A stretch of 64,000 nucleotides of DNA from Rikenellaceae bacterium (lineage in GTDB: Bacteria > Bacteroidota > Bacteroidia > Bacteroidales > Rikenellaceae): NCBI GenBank assembly GCA_017425655.1, contig JAFPAT010000009.1, positions 2,534 to 66,533 of the forward strand. Reading direction: 5' to 3'. The number at the start of each line of letters is the position of its first letter. Positions within the stretch are counted from its first letter, which is position 1. The notes below the pieces were generated by a model. The model was not told the DNA's origin, did no database searches, and worked only from the letters and a program-made list of their open reading frames with translations. The translations under genes were made by a program, and so were the position numbers. This document shows, piece after piece, positions 50,830 through 61,196 of this stretch.

Positions 50830-51567
50830 ATGGGACAGAAAGTTAATCCGATAGCTAACCGCTTGGGTATCGTTCGCGGTTGGGACTCAAACTGGTACGG
50901 CGGCAAGGACTTCGCGTCGCGTCTGGTTGAAGATGAGAAGATCAGAAAGTACTTGAATGCCCGTTTGGCAAAGGCAAGTATCTCGAAGATTATCATCGAG
51001 CGTACGCTCAAACTCGTAACTGTAACCATCTCGACTGCTCGCCCCGGTATCATCATCGGTAAGGGCGGCCAGGAGGTCGATAAATTGAAGGAGGAGCTGA
51101 AGAAGCTCACCGGTAAGGACGTACAGATCAACATCTTCGAGATCAAGCGTCCCGAGGTTGATGCAGTGATCGTTGCAAACAACATCGCTCGTCAGTTGGA
51201 GGGCCGTATCTCGCACCGTCGCGCCGTTAAGACCGCAATCGCTTCGACGATGCGTATGGGTGCCGAGGGTATCAAGATCCAGATCTCGGGCCGTGTTGGT
51301 GGCGCCGAAATGGCTCGTAGCGAAACCTACAAGGAGGGCCGTATTCCTCTGCATACCTTCCGCGCAGACGTAGATTACTGCTTGGCTGAGGCACTGACCA
51401 AGGTTGGTATTCTCGGTATCAAGGTATGGATCTGCACCGGTGAGGTTTACAAGAAGCGTGATCTGTTCGAGATCGCAGGTGCAAGCGCAAGCGCACCCCA
51501 GGGCGGTCAGTCGCAGCAGGGTCGCGGCAAGGGCGCTCCCCGCAAGAGAAGAAACAACAATAAGTAG
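50830..51567 (+). CDS. rpsC: 30S ribosomal protein S3
   Basis: [22 protein letters not shown]. Confidence 0.99.
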   Translation: MGQKVNPIANRLGIVRGWDSNWYGGKDFASRLVEDEKIRKYLNARLAKASISKIIIERTLKLVTVTISTARPGIIIGKGGQEVDKLKEELKKLTGKDVQINIFEIKRPEVDAVIVANNIARQLEGRISHRRAVKTAIASTMRMGAEGIKIQISGRVGGAEMARSETYKEGRIPLHTFRADVDYCLAEALTKVGILGIKVWICTGEVYKKRDLFEIAGASASAPQGGQSQQGRGKGAPRKRRNNNK

Positions 51568-51595
51568 TATGGACCTTTTAATGCGATAATAGAAA

Positions 51596-52024
51596 ATGTT
51601 ACAGCCAAAAAAGACCAAATTTAGAAGAATGCAGAAAGGCCGTATGAAGGGCTTCGCACACCGCGGAAACCAGTTGGCATACGGTTCGTTCGGCATCAAA
51701 GCACTGGAATCGACCTGGATCACCGGTCGCCAGATTGAAGCAGCCCGTCAGGCTATTGTACGTTATATGAAGCGTGAAGGTCAGGTGTGGATTCGTATCT
51801 TCCCCGATAAGCCGATCACCAAGAAACCCGCTGAGGTTCGAATGGGTAAAGGTAAGGGTTCGCCCGAAGGATTCGTGGCTCCCGTTACTCCGGGCCGTAT
51901 TCTCTTTGAGGCAGAGGGTGTACCCCTGGAAGTTGCACAGGAGGCACTTCGTCTGGGCGCACAGAAGTTGCCTATTACGGTTAAGTTTATTGTAAGACGT
52001 GATTACACCGAAAATTCGATCTAA
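51596..52024 (+). CDS. rplP: 50S ribosomal protein L16
   Basis: MLQPK, RMGKGKG. Confidence 0.99.
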   Translation: MLQPKKTKFRRMQKGRMKGFAHRGNQLAYGSFGIKALESTWITGRQIEAARQAIVRYMKREGQVWIRIFPDKPITKKPAEVRMGKGKGSPEGFVAPVTPGRILFEAEGVPLEVAQEALRLGAQKLPITVKFIVRRDYTENSI

Positions 52025-52025
52025 A

Positions 52026-52220
52026 ATGAAAAGTGCAGAAATAAAGGAGCTCACGATTCAGGAGCTGACCGAGCGCATCGAGGCTGAGAAGGCTAACCTC
52101 GCTCAGATGAAGGTGCAGCACGCAGTTTCGCCCGTAGAGAACTCGTCGTTAATCAAAAAATCTCGCAGAGATATCGCACGTATGCTGACAATTCTCGGCC
52201 AGAAGAACTCTAAATGTTAA
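52026..52220 (+). CDS. rpmC: 50S ribosomal protein L29
   Basis: [15 protein letters not shown]; start corrected to ATG 52026. Confidence 0.95.
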   Translation: MKSAEIKELTIQELTERIEAEKANLAQMKVQHAVSPVENSSLIKKSRRDIARMLTILGQKNSKC

Positions 52221-52228
52221 TTACCACT

Positions 52229-52483
52229 ATGGAAAGAAATCTTAGAAAAGAGCGTATTGGCTTGGTTGTCAGCAACAAGATGGAAAAGACCATCGTGGTT
52301 GCAGTTGAGCGTAAGGTCAAGCACCCTATCTACGGTAAGTTTATGAACAAGACTACCAAGTTCGTAGCTGAGTGCTTGGACGAGACCGTAAAGGAGGGCG
52401 ATACCGTTCGTATTATGGAGACCCGTCCCTTGAGCAAAACCAAGCGTTGGAGATTAGTACAAATCATTGAAAGAGCTAAGTAG
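52229..52483 (+). CDS. rpsQ: 30S ribosomal protein S17
   Basis: [20 protein letters not shown]; start at ATG 52229. Confidence 0.98.
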   Translation: MERNLRKERIGLVVSNKMEKTIVVAVERKVKHPIYGKFMNKTTKFVAECLDETVKEGDTVRIMETRPLSKTKRWRLVQIIERAK

Positions 52484-52485
52484 TT

Positions 52486-52851
52486 ATGATACAGCAAGAA
52501 AGCAGACTTGTAGTAGCCGATAACAGCGGTGCAAAGGAGGTTCTCTGTATCCGCGTGCTTGGCGGCACAAAGCGTCGCTACGCATCGATCGGCGATAAAA
52601 TCGTTGTTACCGTGAAGAGCGCTACCCCCTCGGGCGATGTCAAGAAGGGTACCGTATCGAAGGCGGTTGTTGTTAGAACCAAGAAGGAGATCAGACGTGC
52701 AAACGGTTCGTACATTCGTTTCGACGACAACGCCGTAGTACTTCTGAACAACCAGGGCGAAATGAGAGGTACTCGTATCTTCGGTCCCGTAGCACGTGAG
52801 TTGCGCGACCAGTATATGAAGATCATCTCACTGGCTCCCGAAGTATTGTAA
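52486..52851 (+). CDS. rplN: 50S ribosomal protein L14
   Basis: [20 protein letters not shown]. Confidence 0.99.
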   Translation: MIQQESRLVVADNSGAKEVLCIRVLGGTKRRYASIGDKIVVTVKSATPSGDVKKGTVSKAVVVRTKKEIRRANGSYIRFDDNAVVLLNNQGEMRGTRIFGPVARELRDQYMKIISLAPEVL

Positions 52852-52872
52852 TCGTTAAAAACACAGAAGACT

Positions 52873-53196
52873 ATGTCAACCAAATTGCATATTAAGAAAG
52901 GGGATATGGTTTACGTGAATGCCGGCAATAGCAAAGGGCAGTCAGGTAAAGTGTTGGAGGTGAACGTAGCGAAGCAGCGCGCCGTAGTAGAGGGCCTGAA
53001 CATCGTTAAGAAGCACACCAAACCCAACTCGCAGAATCCTCAGGGTGGTATCGTCGAGCAGGAGGCCGGCATCCACATCTCGAACTTGCAGCCCATCGAC
53101 GCAAAGACCGGTAAGGCTACCAAGGTAGGTCGCAAGCTCAACGAGAAAGGTAAATTAGTACGTTACGCTAAAAAGTCAGGGGAGGAGATTAAATAA
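52873..53196 (+). CDS. rplX: 50S ribosomal protein L24
   Basis: [18 protein letters not shown]. Confidence 0.98.
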   Translation: MSTKLHIKKGDMVYVNAGNSKGQSGKVLEVNVAKQRAVVEGLNIVKKHTKPNSQNPQGGIVEQEAGIHISNLQPIDAKTGKATKVGRKLNEKGKLVRYAKKSGEEIK

Positions 53197-53759
53197 TGGC
53201 AAATTACATTCCTACACTCAAGACTACCTATAAGGAGCAGATCAAGCCTGCTCTGATGAAGGAGTTCGGCTACAAGAGCATTATGCAGGTACCCAAGCTG
53301 GAGAAGATCGTTATCAACCAGGGTATGGGTCAGGCAGTAGCTGATAAGAAGTTGATCGAGATCGCACAGGCAGAGCTGACCCAGATCACCGGTCAGAAGG
53401 CTGTTCAGACTCGCTCGCGTAAGGATATCTCGAACTTCAAACTGCGTAAGGGCATGCCCATCGGCGTTCGCGTAACGCTTCGCGCAGATCGTATGTACGA
53501 GTTCTTGGAGCGTCTGATCGCAGTAGCTCTTCCCCGTATCCGCGATTTCAAGGGTATCAACGAGAAGTTCGACGGCAAGGGTAACTACACCCTCGGCGTA
53601 ACCGAGCAGATCATCTTCCCCGAGATCGATATCGACAAGATCACCAAGATCTTCGGTATGGAGATTACCTTCGTAACTTCGGCAAAGACCGACGAGGAGG
53701 CTTATGCACTTCTCCGCGAGTTCGGTTTGCCGTTCAAAAACGCTAAAAAGAATCAATAA
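53196..53759 (+). CDS. rplE: 50S ribosomal protein L5
   Basis: [21 protein letters not shown]. Confidence 0.99.
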   Translation: MANYIPTLKTTYKEQIKPALMKEFGYKSIMQVPKLEKIVINQGMGQAVADKKLIEIAQAELTQITGQKAVQTRSRKDISNFKLRKGMPIGVRVTLRADRMYEFLERLIAVALPRIRDFKGINEKFDGKGNYTLGVTEQIIFPEIDIDKITKIFGMEITFVTSAKTDEEAYALLREFGLPFKNAKKNQ

Positions 53760-53762
53760 GCT

Positions 53763-54059
53763 ATGGCAAAGGAATCGATGAAGGCACGCGAGGTAAAGCG
53801 TGCGAAGCTCGCAAAAAGATACCAGCACAAGCGCGATGAGGTAGCTGCACGTGTTAAGAGCGGCGAGATCAGCGAGATGGAGGCTTGGCAGGAGTTGGCT
53901 AAGCTGCCCCGTAACGCTAATCCTATCCGTCAGCACAACCGTTGCCAGCTGACTGGTCGTCCCAAGGGCTACATGCGTCAGTTCGGTATTAGCCGTATTC
54001 AGTTCCGTGAGATGGCCTCGCAGGGTCTGATCCCGGGCGTGAAGAAGGCAAGCTGGTAG
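53763..54059 (+). CDS. rpsN: 30S ribosomal protein S14 (long, zinc-independent type)
   Basis: [27 protein letters not shown]. Confidence 0.98.
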   Translation: MAKESMKAREVKRAKLAKRYQHKRDEVAARVKSGEISEMEAWQELAKLPRNANPIRQHNRCQLTGRPKGYMRQFGISRIQFREMASQGLIPGVKKASW

Positions 54060-54359
54060 CAGTAACTTTACACTGATTTTCGGGCCTCGGCATCTTCATC
54101 TCACCCGCGATTTGGGCGTTCGATTTTGACAACTTCTGTCAAAATGTGTAACGGTTCGAGTCGGGGAGAGATGAAGAATGTTGGCCTGAAAATCAATTTT
54201 TTGTAAAAAAGTTGCTGATTATTCGCAAGTTTTGATTAACTTTACGCGATTTTTTTCGAGTATTACCGTCGCAAACACCTAAAAACGAGGTGTGGGTGGC
54301 GGAAATTACTCGTGTAAATAACTAATTATTAACCATTTAATTTTTAATTTTTAATCGTC

Positions 54360-54758
54360 ATGACAGATCCTATTGCGGATTTTCTCACGCGAATTAGAAA
54401 CGCGGTGAAAGCCAACCACAAGGTGGTTGAAGCTCCCGGCTCAAAAATTAAGCAGGAGATCACTAAGATTCTCTACGAACAGGGCTACATTTTGGCCTAC
54501 AAGTTTGACACCGACGAGCGTGGTTTCTCGACCATCAAGATCGCTCTGAAGTACAACGCGCAGACCAAGACTAACGCCATCAAAGATCTCAAACGTGTCA
54601 GCCGTCCCGGTCTGCGTCAGTACGCTTCGGTAGCAGAGATGCCCCGAGTATTGAACGGCTTGGGTATCGCTATCCTCTCGACCTCGAAGGGCATTATGAC
54701 CGACAAGAAGGCTCGTCAGGAGAATGTAGGCGGCGAAGTCCTCTGCTACATCTATTAA
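54360..54758 (+). CDS. rpsH: 30S ribosomal protein S8
   Basis: [29 protein letters not shown]. Confidence 0.99.
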   Translation: MTDPIADFLTRIRNAVKANHKVVEAPGSKIKQEITKILYEQGYILAYKFDTDERGFSTIKIALKYNAQTKTNAIKDLKRVSRPGLRQYASVAEMPRVLNGLGIAILSTSKGIMTDKKARQENVGGEVLCYIY

Positions 54759-54971
54759 CGGGAAACGGGGCCGGACCTTTTTTCGAGTTATGCCGGAGGC
54801 CTTATGCTATGTGAAGTATAGCAAAGGTGTATGCGAAAGAAAGGCGCATATATATTATATATAGGTATAACTGCGAATAGTGCAAACAGACAATCGGTTT
54901 CCATTGTGCCGATAAACAGAAACACAAAGCGTGCCACCCCGAGTGTATTAAACAAAACAAATTTTTAAGAA

Positions 54972-55529
54972 ATGTCAAGAATTGGTAAATTACCTGTAAA
55001 CTTGCCCGCAGGTGTCGAGATCAAGATCTCGAACGACAACGTGGTAAGCGTGAAAGGGCCTCTTGGTACACTGAGTCAGAAGGTTGACTCGGACATTACC
55101 GTTACGGTAGAGGATGGTGTACTTAGCGTAACCCGCCCCACAAATCAGCCGCGCCACCGCTCGATGCACGGTTTGTATCGCGCGCTGATCAACAATATGG
55201 TAGTAGGTGTAACCCAGGGTTACGAGATCAAGCAGGAGCTCGTAGGCGTTGGTTTCAAGGCTGAGGCTAAGGGTCAGATCCTGGAGCTGAGCTTGGGTTA
55301 TTCGCACGATATCCATATGATGATTCCCCCCGAAGTAACTGTAACCGCAGTTACCGAGAAGAAGGGTAACCCCATTGTAACTTTCAAGAGCACAGACAAG
55401 CAGCTTGTAGGTCAGGTTGCTGCAAAGTTGCGCTCGTTGCGTAAGCCGGAGCCTTATAAGGGTAAGGGTATTAAGTTCGTAGGCGAAACTCTGCGTCGTA
55501 AGGCAGGTAAGTCTGCAGGTGCTAAATAG
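54972..55529 (+). CDS. rplF: 50S ribosomal protein L6
   Basis: MSRIGK, PEPYKGKG. Confidence 0.99.
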   Translation: MSRIGKLPVNLPAGVEIKISNDNVVSVKGPLGTLSQKVDSDITVTVEDGVLSVTRPTNQPRHRSMHGLYRALINNMVVGVTQGYEIKQELVGVGFKAEAKGQILELSLGYSHDIHMMIPPEVTVTAVTEKKGNPIVTFKSTDKQLVGQVAAKLRSLRKPEPYKGKGIKFVGETLRRKAGKSAGAK

Positions 55530-55544
55530 TAAAAACGTAAAACT

Positions 55545-55898
55545 ATGTCATTGAATAAGATTGAAAGAAGAGAGCGCATCAAGATGCGTATCCGTAAGAT
55601 CGTTAGCGGTACTGCAGAGCAGCCTCGTATGACTGTATTCCGCAGCAACAAGCAGATCTATGTACAGTTCATTGATGACGTTTGCGGCGTTACTTTGGCA
55701 GCAGCATCGTCGAAGGAGATCGCAGACGTAGCAGGTAAGAATAAGTCGGAGGTAGCTGCTTTGGTAGGTAAGCTCGCTGCAGAGCGCGCACTTGCAAAGG
55801 GTATCTCGACCGTTTCGTTCGACCGTAACGGTTACCTGTATCACGGTAGAGTAAAAATGTTGGCCGACGCAGCGCGCGAAGGTGGTCTTAAATTCTAA
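55545..55898 (+). CDS. rplR: 50S ribosomal protein L18
   Basis: [20 protein letters not shown]. Confidence 0.99.
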   Translation: MSLNKIERRERIKMRIRKIVSGTAEQPRMTVFRSNKQIYVQFIDDVCGVTLAAASSKEIADVAGKNKSEVAALVGKLAAERALAKGISTVSFDRNGYLYHGRVKMLADAAREGGLKF

Positions 55899-55904
55899 GC
55901 GAAT

Positions 55905-56423
55905 ATGGCAAATACTAATGTAAAGAAAGTAAGAACCAGCGATTTGGAGTTGAAGGATCGTTTGGTAAGCATTCAGCGCGTAACGAAGGTAACCAAGGGT
56001 GGTCGTACTTTCAGCTTCTCGGCTATCGTAGTTGTAGGTAACGAGAACGGCGTTGTAGGCTACGGTCTGGGTAAGGCAAGCGAAGTTCAGGCTGCTATTG
56101 CCAAGGGCGTAGAGGATGCAAAGAAGAATCTGGTGAATGTACCCATCATCAACGGTACTATTCCTCACAAGCAGGAGATGCGCTTCGGCGGTTCGGAGGT
56201 TATGATCCGTCCGGCAGCTCCCGGTACCGGTATTATCGCCGGTGGTGCAATGCGTGCCGTATTGGAGTCGGTAGGTGTTAAGAACGTACTTGCAAAGAGC
56301 AAGGGCTCGTCGAACCCCCACAACCTCGTTAAGGCAACTGTAAATGCACTGCTCGAGCTGCGCGACGCATACAGCGTAGCACAGGTTCGCGGTATCTCGA
56401 TGAAAAAGGTGTTTAACGGTTAA
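55905..56423 (+). CDS. rpsE: 30S ribosomal protein S5
   Basis: [18 protein letters not shown]. Confidence 0.99.
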   Translation: MANTNVKKVRTSDLELKDRLVSIQRVTKVTKGGRTFSFSAIVVVGNENGVVGYGLGKASEVQAAIAKGVEDAKKNLVNVPIINGTIPHKQEMRFGGSEVMIRPAAPGTGIIAGGAMRAVLESVGVKNVLAKSKGSSNPHNLVKATVNALLELRDAYSVAQVRGISMKKVFNG

Positions 56424-56437
56424 TCTGATTGAGTATT

Positions 56438-56620
56438 ATGGCAAAATTGAAGATCACTCAGGTTCGCAGCCAGATCGGTTGTTCGGACATCCAGCGCAAG
56501 AACCTTGCAGCACTCGGTCTGCGCAAAATCAATCAGACCGTAGAGCACAGCGACTCGGCTATCATTCTGGGTATGTTGGAGCGCGTTAAGCACTTGGTCA
56601 AGGTCGAAGAAGTTAAGTAA
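56438..56620 (+). CDS. rpmD: 50S ribosomal protein L30
   Basis: KITQVRS.IG, ALGLRKI; start at ATG 56438. Confidence 0.96.
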   Translation: MAKLKITQVRSQIGCSDIQRKNLAALGLRKINQTVEHSDSAIILGMLERVKHLVKVEEVK

Positions 56621-56643
56621 GAACAAAAAAAGATTTTAAGAAG

Positions 56644-57090
56644 ATGAATCTTAATGAATTGAAACCCGCAAAGGGTGCAACACATCACCAGAAGCGAATC
56701 GGTCGCGGTCAGGGTTCGGGCCACGGCGGTACTTCGACTCGCGGTCATAAGGGCGCACAGTCGCGTTCGGGTTACTCGCGTAAGTTGGGCTTCGAGGGCG
56801 GTCAGATGCCTTTGCAGCGCCGTCTGCCTAAGTTCGGTTTCACTAACCTGAAGAGAGTTGAGTTCAAGGCTATCAACTTGTCGGTAATCGAGGAGTTGGC
56901 AGAGAAGAAGAATCTCACCGAGATCAGCGTAGCTACTCTGATCGAGGCAGGTTTCGTATCGAACAACGACAAAGTTAAAATTCTGGGTAACGGTACCGTT
57001 AGCAAGGCTCTCAACGTAACTGCTCACGCATTCTCGAAGAGCGCAGTAGCAGCTATCGAGGCTCAGGGTGGTTCGGTTGCGAAGCTCTAA
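56644..57090 (+). CDS. rplO: 50S ribosomal protein L15
   Basis: [19 protein letters not shown]. Confidence 0.99.
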   Translation: MNLNELKPAKGATHHQKRIGRGQGSGHGGTSTRGHKGAQSRSGYSRKLGFEGGQMPLQRRLPKFGFTNLKRVEFKAINLSVIEELAEKKNLTEISVATLIEAGFVSNNDKVKILGNGTVSKALNVTAHAFSKSAVAAIEAQGGSVAKL

Positions 57091-57123
57091 TCTAAAGAAA
57101 CTCTTTAATAAACTCGCACCGTT

Positions 57124-58503
57124 ATGAAAGAATTACTCATATTTCTTGTGATCATCGCTCTGGTTGTTGCCGGTCTGATGTTCAACAAGAAGTTTGTCGA
57201 GACTATCAAGAACATTTGGAAAATCGAGGATCTGCGCAAGCGTATCATCTACACTCTGTGCCTCCTTTTGGTTTACCGTCTTGGTAGCTTCGTGGTGATC
57301 CCCGGTATCAACCCCAACGCGTTGGGCGCCGGTTCGGGTATTGCTGACCAGGTGGATGGCAACGGCCTGCTGGGTCTGTTGAACATCTTCACCGGTGGTG
57401 CATTCAGCAATGCTTCGGTACTCGCTCTTGGTGTTATGCCCTATATCACCGCATCGATTGTCATTCAGTTGATGGGTATGGTCATTCCCTACTTCCAGAA
57501 GATGCAGAAGGAGGGTGAGAGTGGCCGCCGTAAGCTCAACCAGTGGACTCGCGTTCTGACGATCGCCGTTCTGCTGTTGCAGGGCCCCACCTACGTTGCC
57601 AATCTCTATCGACAGGTACCCGAATCGTTCGTATACGGTAATACCTTCCAGTTTGTTGCCTTCGCAACTATTGTATTGATCGCTGGTACAATGTTCATTA
57701 TGTGGTTGGGTGAGAAGATCACCGATCGCGGTATCGGTAATGGCGTTTCGCTGATCATTATGATCGGTATCGTCGCTCGCCTGCCCCACGCATTGATCGC
57801 CGAGTTCAATACCCGTGTTACCGAGGCAACCGGTGGTGTGATTATGTTCATCGTCGAGTTGGCACTGCTCTACTTCGTATTTATGGCAACTATCGCACTG
57901 GTTCAGGCAGTTCGCAAGATCCCTGTGCAGTATGCTAAACGAATCGTAGGTAACAAGCAGTATGGTGGTGTACGCCAGTACATCCCCTTGAAGATCAACG
58001 CAGCAAACGTAATGCCTATCATCTTCGCTCAGGCGTTGATGTTCGTTCCGATGCTGTTCGTTAAGATCGCTCCCAACTTCGCCGCTGCATTTGCATACCA
58101 GGGATTCTGGTACAACTTCACTTTTGCAGTGTTGGTAATTGCATTTACCTTCTTCTACACTGCACTTGTAGTAAACCCGGTCAATATGGCTGAAGATATG
58201 AAGCGCAACGGTGGCTTCATCCCCGGTGTTAAGCCCGGTAAGAAGACCGTTGAGTATATCGACACCATTATGACGAGAATCACTCTCCCCGGTTCGTTCT
58301 TCCTCGCTATCGTGGCAATTCTGCCCGCTCTGGCAATGAAGTTCTTGAACATCAACCAGGAGTTTGCCTACTTCTACGGCGGTACCTCGCTGCTGATTAT
58401 GGTAGGTGTGATCCTCGACACTCTCAAGCAGATCGAGAGCCAGTTGCTGATGCGTCGTTACGACGGTCTGATGAAGACCGGCCGAATTCAGGGTCGCAAC
58501 TAA
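57124..58503 (+). CDS. secY: Preprotein translocase subunit SecY (N-terminally extended)
   Basis: LGVMPYITASI, WLGEKITDRGIGNG.SL, PIIFA, FIPGVKPG, GGTSLLI. Alternative start ATG 57178. Confidence 0.97.
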   Translation: MKELLIFLVIIALVVAGLMFNKKFVETIKNIWKIEDLRKRIIYTLCLLLVYRLGSFVVIPGINPNALGAGSGIADQVDGNGLLGLLNIFTGGAFSNASVLALGVMPYITASIVIQLMGMVIPYFQKMQKEGESGRRKLNQWTRVLTIAVLLLQGPTYVANLYRQVPESFVYGNTFQFVAFATIVLIAGTMFIMWLGEKITDRGIGNGVSLIIMIGIVARLPHALIAEFNTRVTEATGGVIMFIVELALLYFVFMATIALVQAVRKIPVQYAKRIVGNKQYGGVRQYIPLKINAANVMPIIFAQALMFVPMLFVKIAPNFAAAFAYQGFWYNFTFAVLVIAFTFFYTALVVNPVNMAEDMKRNGGFIPGVKPGKKTVEYIDTIMTRITLPGSFFLAIVAILPALAMKFLNINQEFAYFYGGTSLLIMVGVILDTLKQIESQLLMRRYDGLMKTGRIQGRN

Positions 58504-58534
58504 TTCTCACAAAGAGTTCTTGAAATAAGGAAAG

Positions 58535-59308
58535 ATGATTTACCTTAAATCAGAGGAAGAGATAGAGCTGCTCCGCGAGAATAACCTTCTTGTGAGTGCA
58601 ACGCTGGCCGAGGTGGGTCGCCACATCGCGCCGGGTGTTACCACAAAAGAACTTGATCGCATCGCCGAGGAGTTTATCCGTTCTCACGGAGCAGTTCCTG
58701 CTTTCCTTGGGTACAACGGTTATCCCGCATCGCTCTGCGTATCGGTTAACGAAAACGTTGTACACGGTATCCCGTCGGATTACGCCCTGAAAGAGGGCGA
58801 CATCGTATCGGTAGATTGCGGTACGTTTATGAAGGGGTTTGTTGGTGATTCCGCATATACGTTTGCGGTGGGAGAGATAGCTCCCGAAGTCCGAGCATTA
58901 CTGGACACAACCAAAGAAGCTCTTTATAAGGGTACCGAGCAGGCTCGTCCGGGCAATCGCGTAGGCGACATCTCGGCAGCCGTGCAGTACTGCGCCGAAA
59001 AAGCCGGTTACTCGGTAGTGCGCGAATTGGTGGGACACGGTCTGGGTCGAAAAATGCACGAAGATCCCGAAGTCCCCAACTACGGCGCACGCGGCAGAGG
59101 CCCGCTGCTCAAAGCAGGTATGGTTATCTGCATCGAACCGATGATTAACATGGGCACCAAGCAGGTTGTATTTGAGCGCGACGGTTGGACCGTACGTACT
59201 CGCGACCGCAAGCCATCGGCACACTTCGAGTTTGCCGTGGCAATAACCAAAGATGGCCCCGACGTACTTACCGATTTTAGTGTAATCGAAAAAGCACTTA
59301 ACAAGTAA
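58535..59308 (+). CDS. map: Methionine aminopeptidase type I
   Basis: [35 protein letters not shown]. Confidence 0.97.
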   Translation: MIYLKSEEEIELLRENNLLVSATLAEVGRHIAPGVTTKELDRIAEEFIRSHGAVPAFLGYNGYPASLCVSVNENVVHGIPSDYALKEGDIVSVDCGTFMKGFVGDSAYTFAVGEIAPEVRALLDTTKEALYKGTEQARPGNRVGDISAAVQYCAEKAGYSVVRELVGHGLGRKMHEDPEVPNYGARGRGPLLKAGMVICIEPMINMGTKQVVFERDGWTVRTRDRKPSAHFEFAVAITKDGPDVLTDFSVIEKALNK

Positions 59309-59316
59309 AAAACTCT

Positions 59317-59535
59317 ATGGCAAAACAGACTGCTATTGAAAGGGACGGCTCGGTAATCGAGGCATTGTCGAATGCAATGTTCCGAGTTGAGCTGGATAAC
59401 GGCCACGTTATCACTGCCCACATCTCAGGCAAGATGCGACAGCACTATATCAAAATCCTGCCCGGAGATAAAGTTAAAGTGGAAATGACCCCGTACGATT
59501 TGAGTAAGGGTCGTATATCCTTTAGGTACAAATAA
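59317..59535 (+). CDS. infA: Translation initiation factor IF-1
   Basis: [25 protein letters not shown]. Confidence 0.99.
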   Translation: MAKQTAIERDGSVIEALSNAMFRVELDNGHVITAHISGKMRQHYIKILPGDKVKVEMTPYDLSKGRISFRYK

Positions 59536-59552
59536 TCAAAGATTGCTGAAAA

Positions 59553-59669
59553 ATGAAAGTCAAGGCATCAATCAAAAAAAGAAGCGAGGACTGCAAGATC
59601 GTTAAGCGTAAGGGCAAGCTCTACGTGATCTGCAAGAAGAATCCTAAGTTCAAAATGCGCCAAGGGTAA
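59553..59669 (+). CDS. rpmJ: 50S ribosomal protein L36 (absent from the ORF track)
   Basis: Manual translation: [38 protein letters not shown]. Confidence 0.97.
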   Translation: MKVKASIKKRSEDCKIVKRKGKLYVICKKNPKFKMRQG

Positions 59670-59703
59670 TGTTTCAACCAATTAAAAACGAAAAAAGAAA
59701 TTT

Positions 59704-60084
59704 ATGGCACGTATAGTCGGTGTAGATTTACCAAAAAATAAGAGAGGCGTGATCGGTCTGACCTATATCTACGGTATCGGTCGTAGCACCGCTCGCAAGA
59801 TTCTCGATGAGGCAGGCATCAGCCACGACCTCAAAGTACAGGATTGGACTGACGAGCAGGTCGGTGCTATCCGTAACATCATCGCTACTAGCGGTATCAA
59901 GGTTGAGGGCGAGTGCCGCTCGATCGTACAGCTCAACATCAAACGACTGATGGACATCGGTTGCTACCGTGGTATCCGTCATCGTCTGGGTCTGCCCGTT
60001 CGTGGTCAGAGCACCAAGAACAACGCACGTACCCGTAAGGGCAAGAAGAAGACTGTCGCTAACAAGAAAAAGGCAACTAAGTAA
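59704..60084 (+). CDS. rpsM: 30S ribosomal protein S13
   Basis: [24 protein letters not shown]. Confidence 0.99.
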   Translation: MARIVGVDLPKNKRGVIGLTYIYGIGRSTARKILDEAGISHDLKVQDWTDEQVGAIRNIIATSGIKVEGECRSIVQLNIKRLMDIGCYRGIRHRLGLPVRGQSTKNNARTRKGKKKTVANKKKATK

Positions 60085-60096
60085 TTTTAGAGAGTT

Positions 60097-60486
60097 ATGG
60101 CAAAGAAGACTGGAACTGTTAAGAAGAAGGTCGTTAAGGTTGGCGCACTGGGTGCTGCTTACGTTCACTCGACTTTCAACAACGTGATTGTAACCCTCAC
60201 CAACGAAGTAGGCGAAGTTATCAGCTGGTCGTCGGCTGGTAAGATGGGTTTCCGCGGTTCGAAAAAGAATACTCCCTATGCAGCTCAGACAGCCGCTGCG
60301 GATTGCGCAAAGGTTGCTTATGATTTGGGTCTGCGTAAAGTTAAGGTTTATGTAAAGGGTCCCGGTGCAGGTCGTGAGTCGGCTATCCGTACTATCCACG
60401 GCGCAGGTATCGAGGTAATGGAGATTATCGACGTTACTCCGCTGCCCCACAACGGCTGCCGTCCGCCCAACCGTCGTCGTGTCTAA
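60097..60486 (+). CDS. rpsK: 30S ribosomal protein S11
   Basis: [22 protein letters not shown]. Confidence 0.99.
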   Translation: MAKKTGTVKKKVVKVGALGAAYVHSTFNNVIVTLTNEVGEVISWSSAGKMGFRGSKKNTPYAAQTAAADCAKVAYDLGLRKVKVYVKGPGAGRESAIRTIHGAGIEVMEIIDVTPLPHNGCRPPNRRRV

Positions 60487-60565
60487 TTAATCTGACACGC
60501 CCACGCACAAGCGAAAAGCATAAACTATTTAACAGACAACAAAACAACGTAAAAAGTAAAAAACA

Positions 60566-61174
60566 ATGGCAAGATATATTGGCCCTAAAAGCAAAATCGC
60601 CCGTAAATTTGGCGAAGCTATTTACGGAACGGATAGAGTCCTTGAGAAGAAGAACTATCCTCCCGGACAGCACGGCCTTGCTCGCAAGCGTAAGAAGACC
60701 TCGGAGTATGGTATTCAGCTGAGCGAGAAGCAGAAGGCAAAGTGCACCTATGGCGTATTGGAGAAGCAGTTCGTACGTACCTACCAGAACGCAGCTCGTT
60801 TGGAGGGTATCACCGGTGAGAACCTGCTGAAATTGTTGGAGTGCCGCCTCGACAATGTAGTTTACCGTTTGGGTATCGCTCCCACCCGTGCAGCAGCACG
60901 TCAGTTGGTGAGCCATCGCCACATCTGCGTAAATGGTAACGTGGTAAACATTCCTTCGTACAGCCTGCGTGCAGGTGATGTTGTTGCTGTTCGAGAGAAG
61001 TCGAAGAGTCTGGAGGTTATCACCGACTCTTTGGCAGGAGGTCGCAAGAGCCGCTACTCTTGGTTGGAGTGGAATGACGAGACGATGTCGGGTAAGTTCC
61101 TTCAGAAGCCCGAGCGTGAGGAGATTCCCGAGAACATCAAGGAGCAGCTGATCGTCGATCTGTACTCGAAATAG
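60566..61174 (+). CDS. rpsD: 30S ribosomal protein S4
   Basis: [23 protein letters not shown]. Confidence 0.99.
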   Translation: MARYIGPKSKIARKFGEAIYGTDRVLEKKNYPPGQHGLARKRKKTSEYGIQLSEKQKAKCTYGVLEKQFVRTYQNAARLEGITGENLLKLLECRLDNVVYRLGIAPTRAAARQLVSHRHICVNGNVVNIPSYSLRAGDVVAVREKSKSLEVITDSLAGGRKSRYSWLEWNDETMSGKFLQKPEREEIPENIKEQLIVDLYSK

Positions 61175-61196
61175 TAACTAAAACCGAATAAAAATT

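Noticed and set aside
59761-59770. ACCTATATCT in rpsM as a minus-strand copy of the AT-rich motif
   Set aside because: Only 8 nt match and it is explained by the conserved T-Y-I codons.
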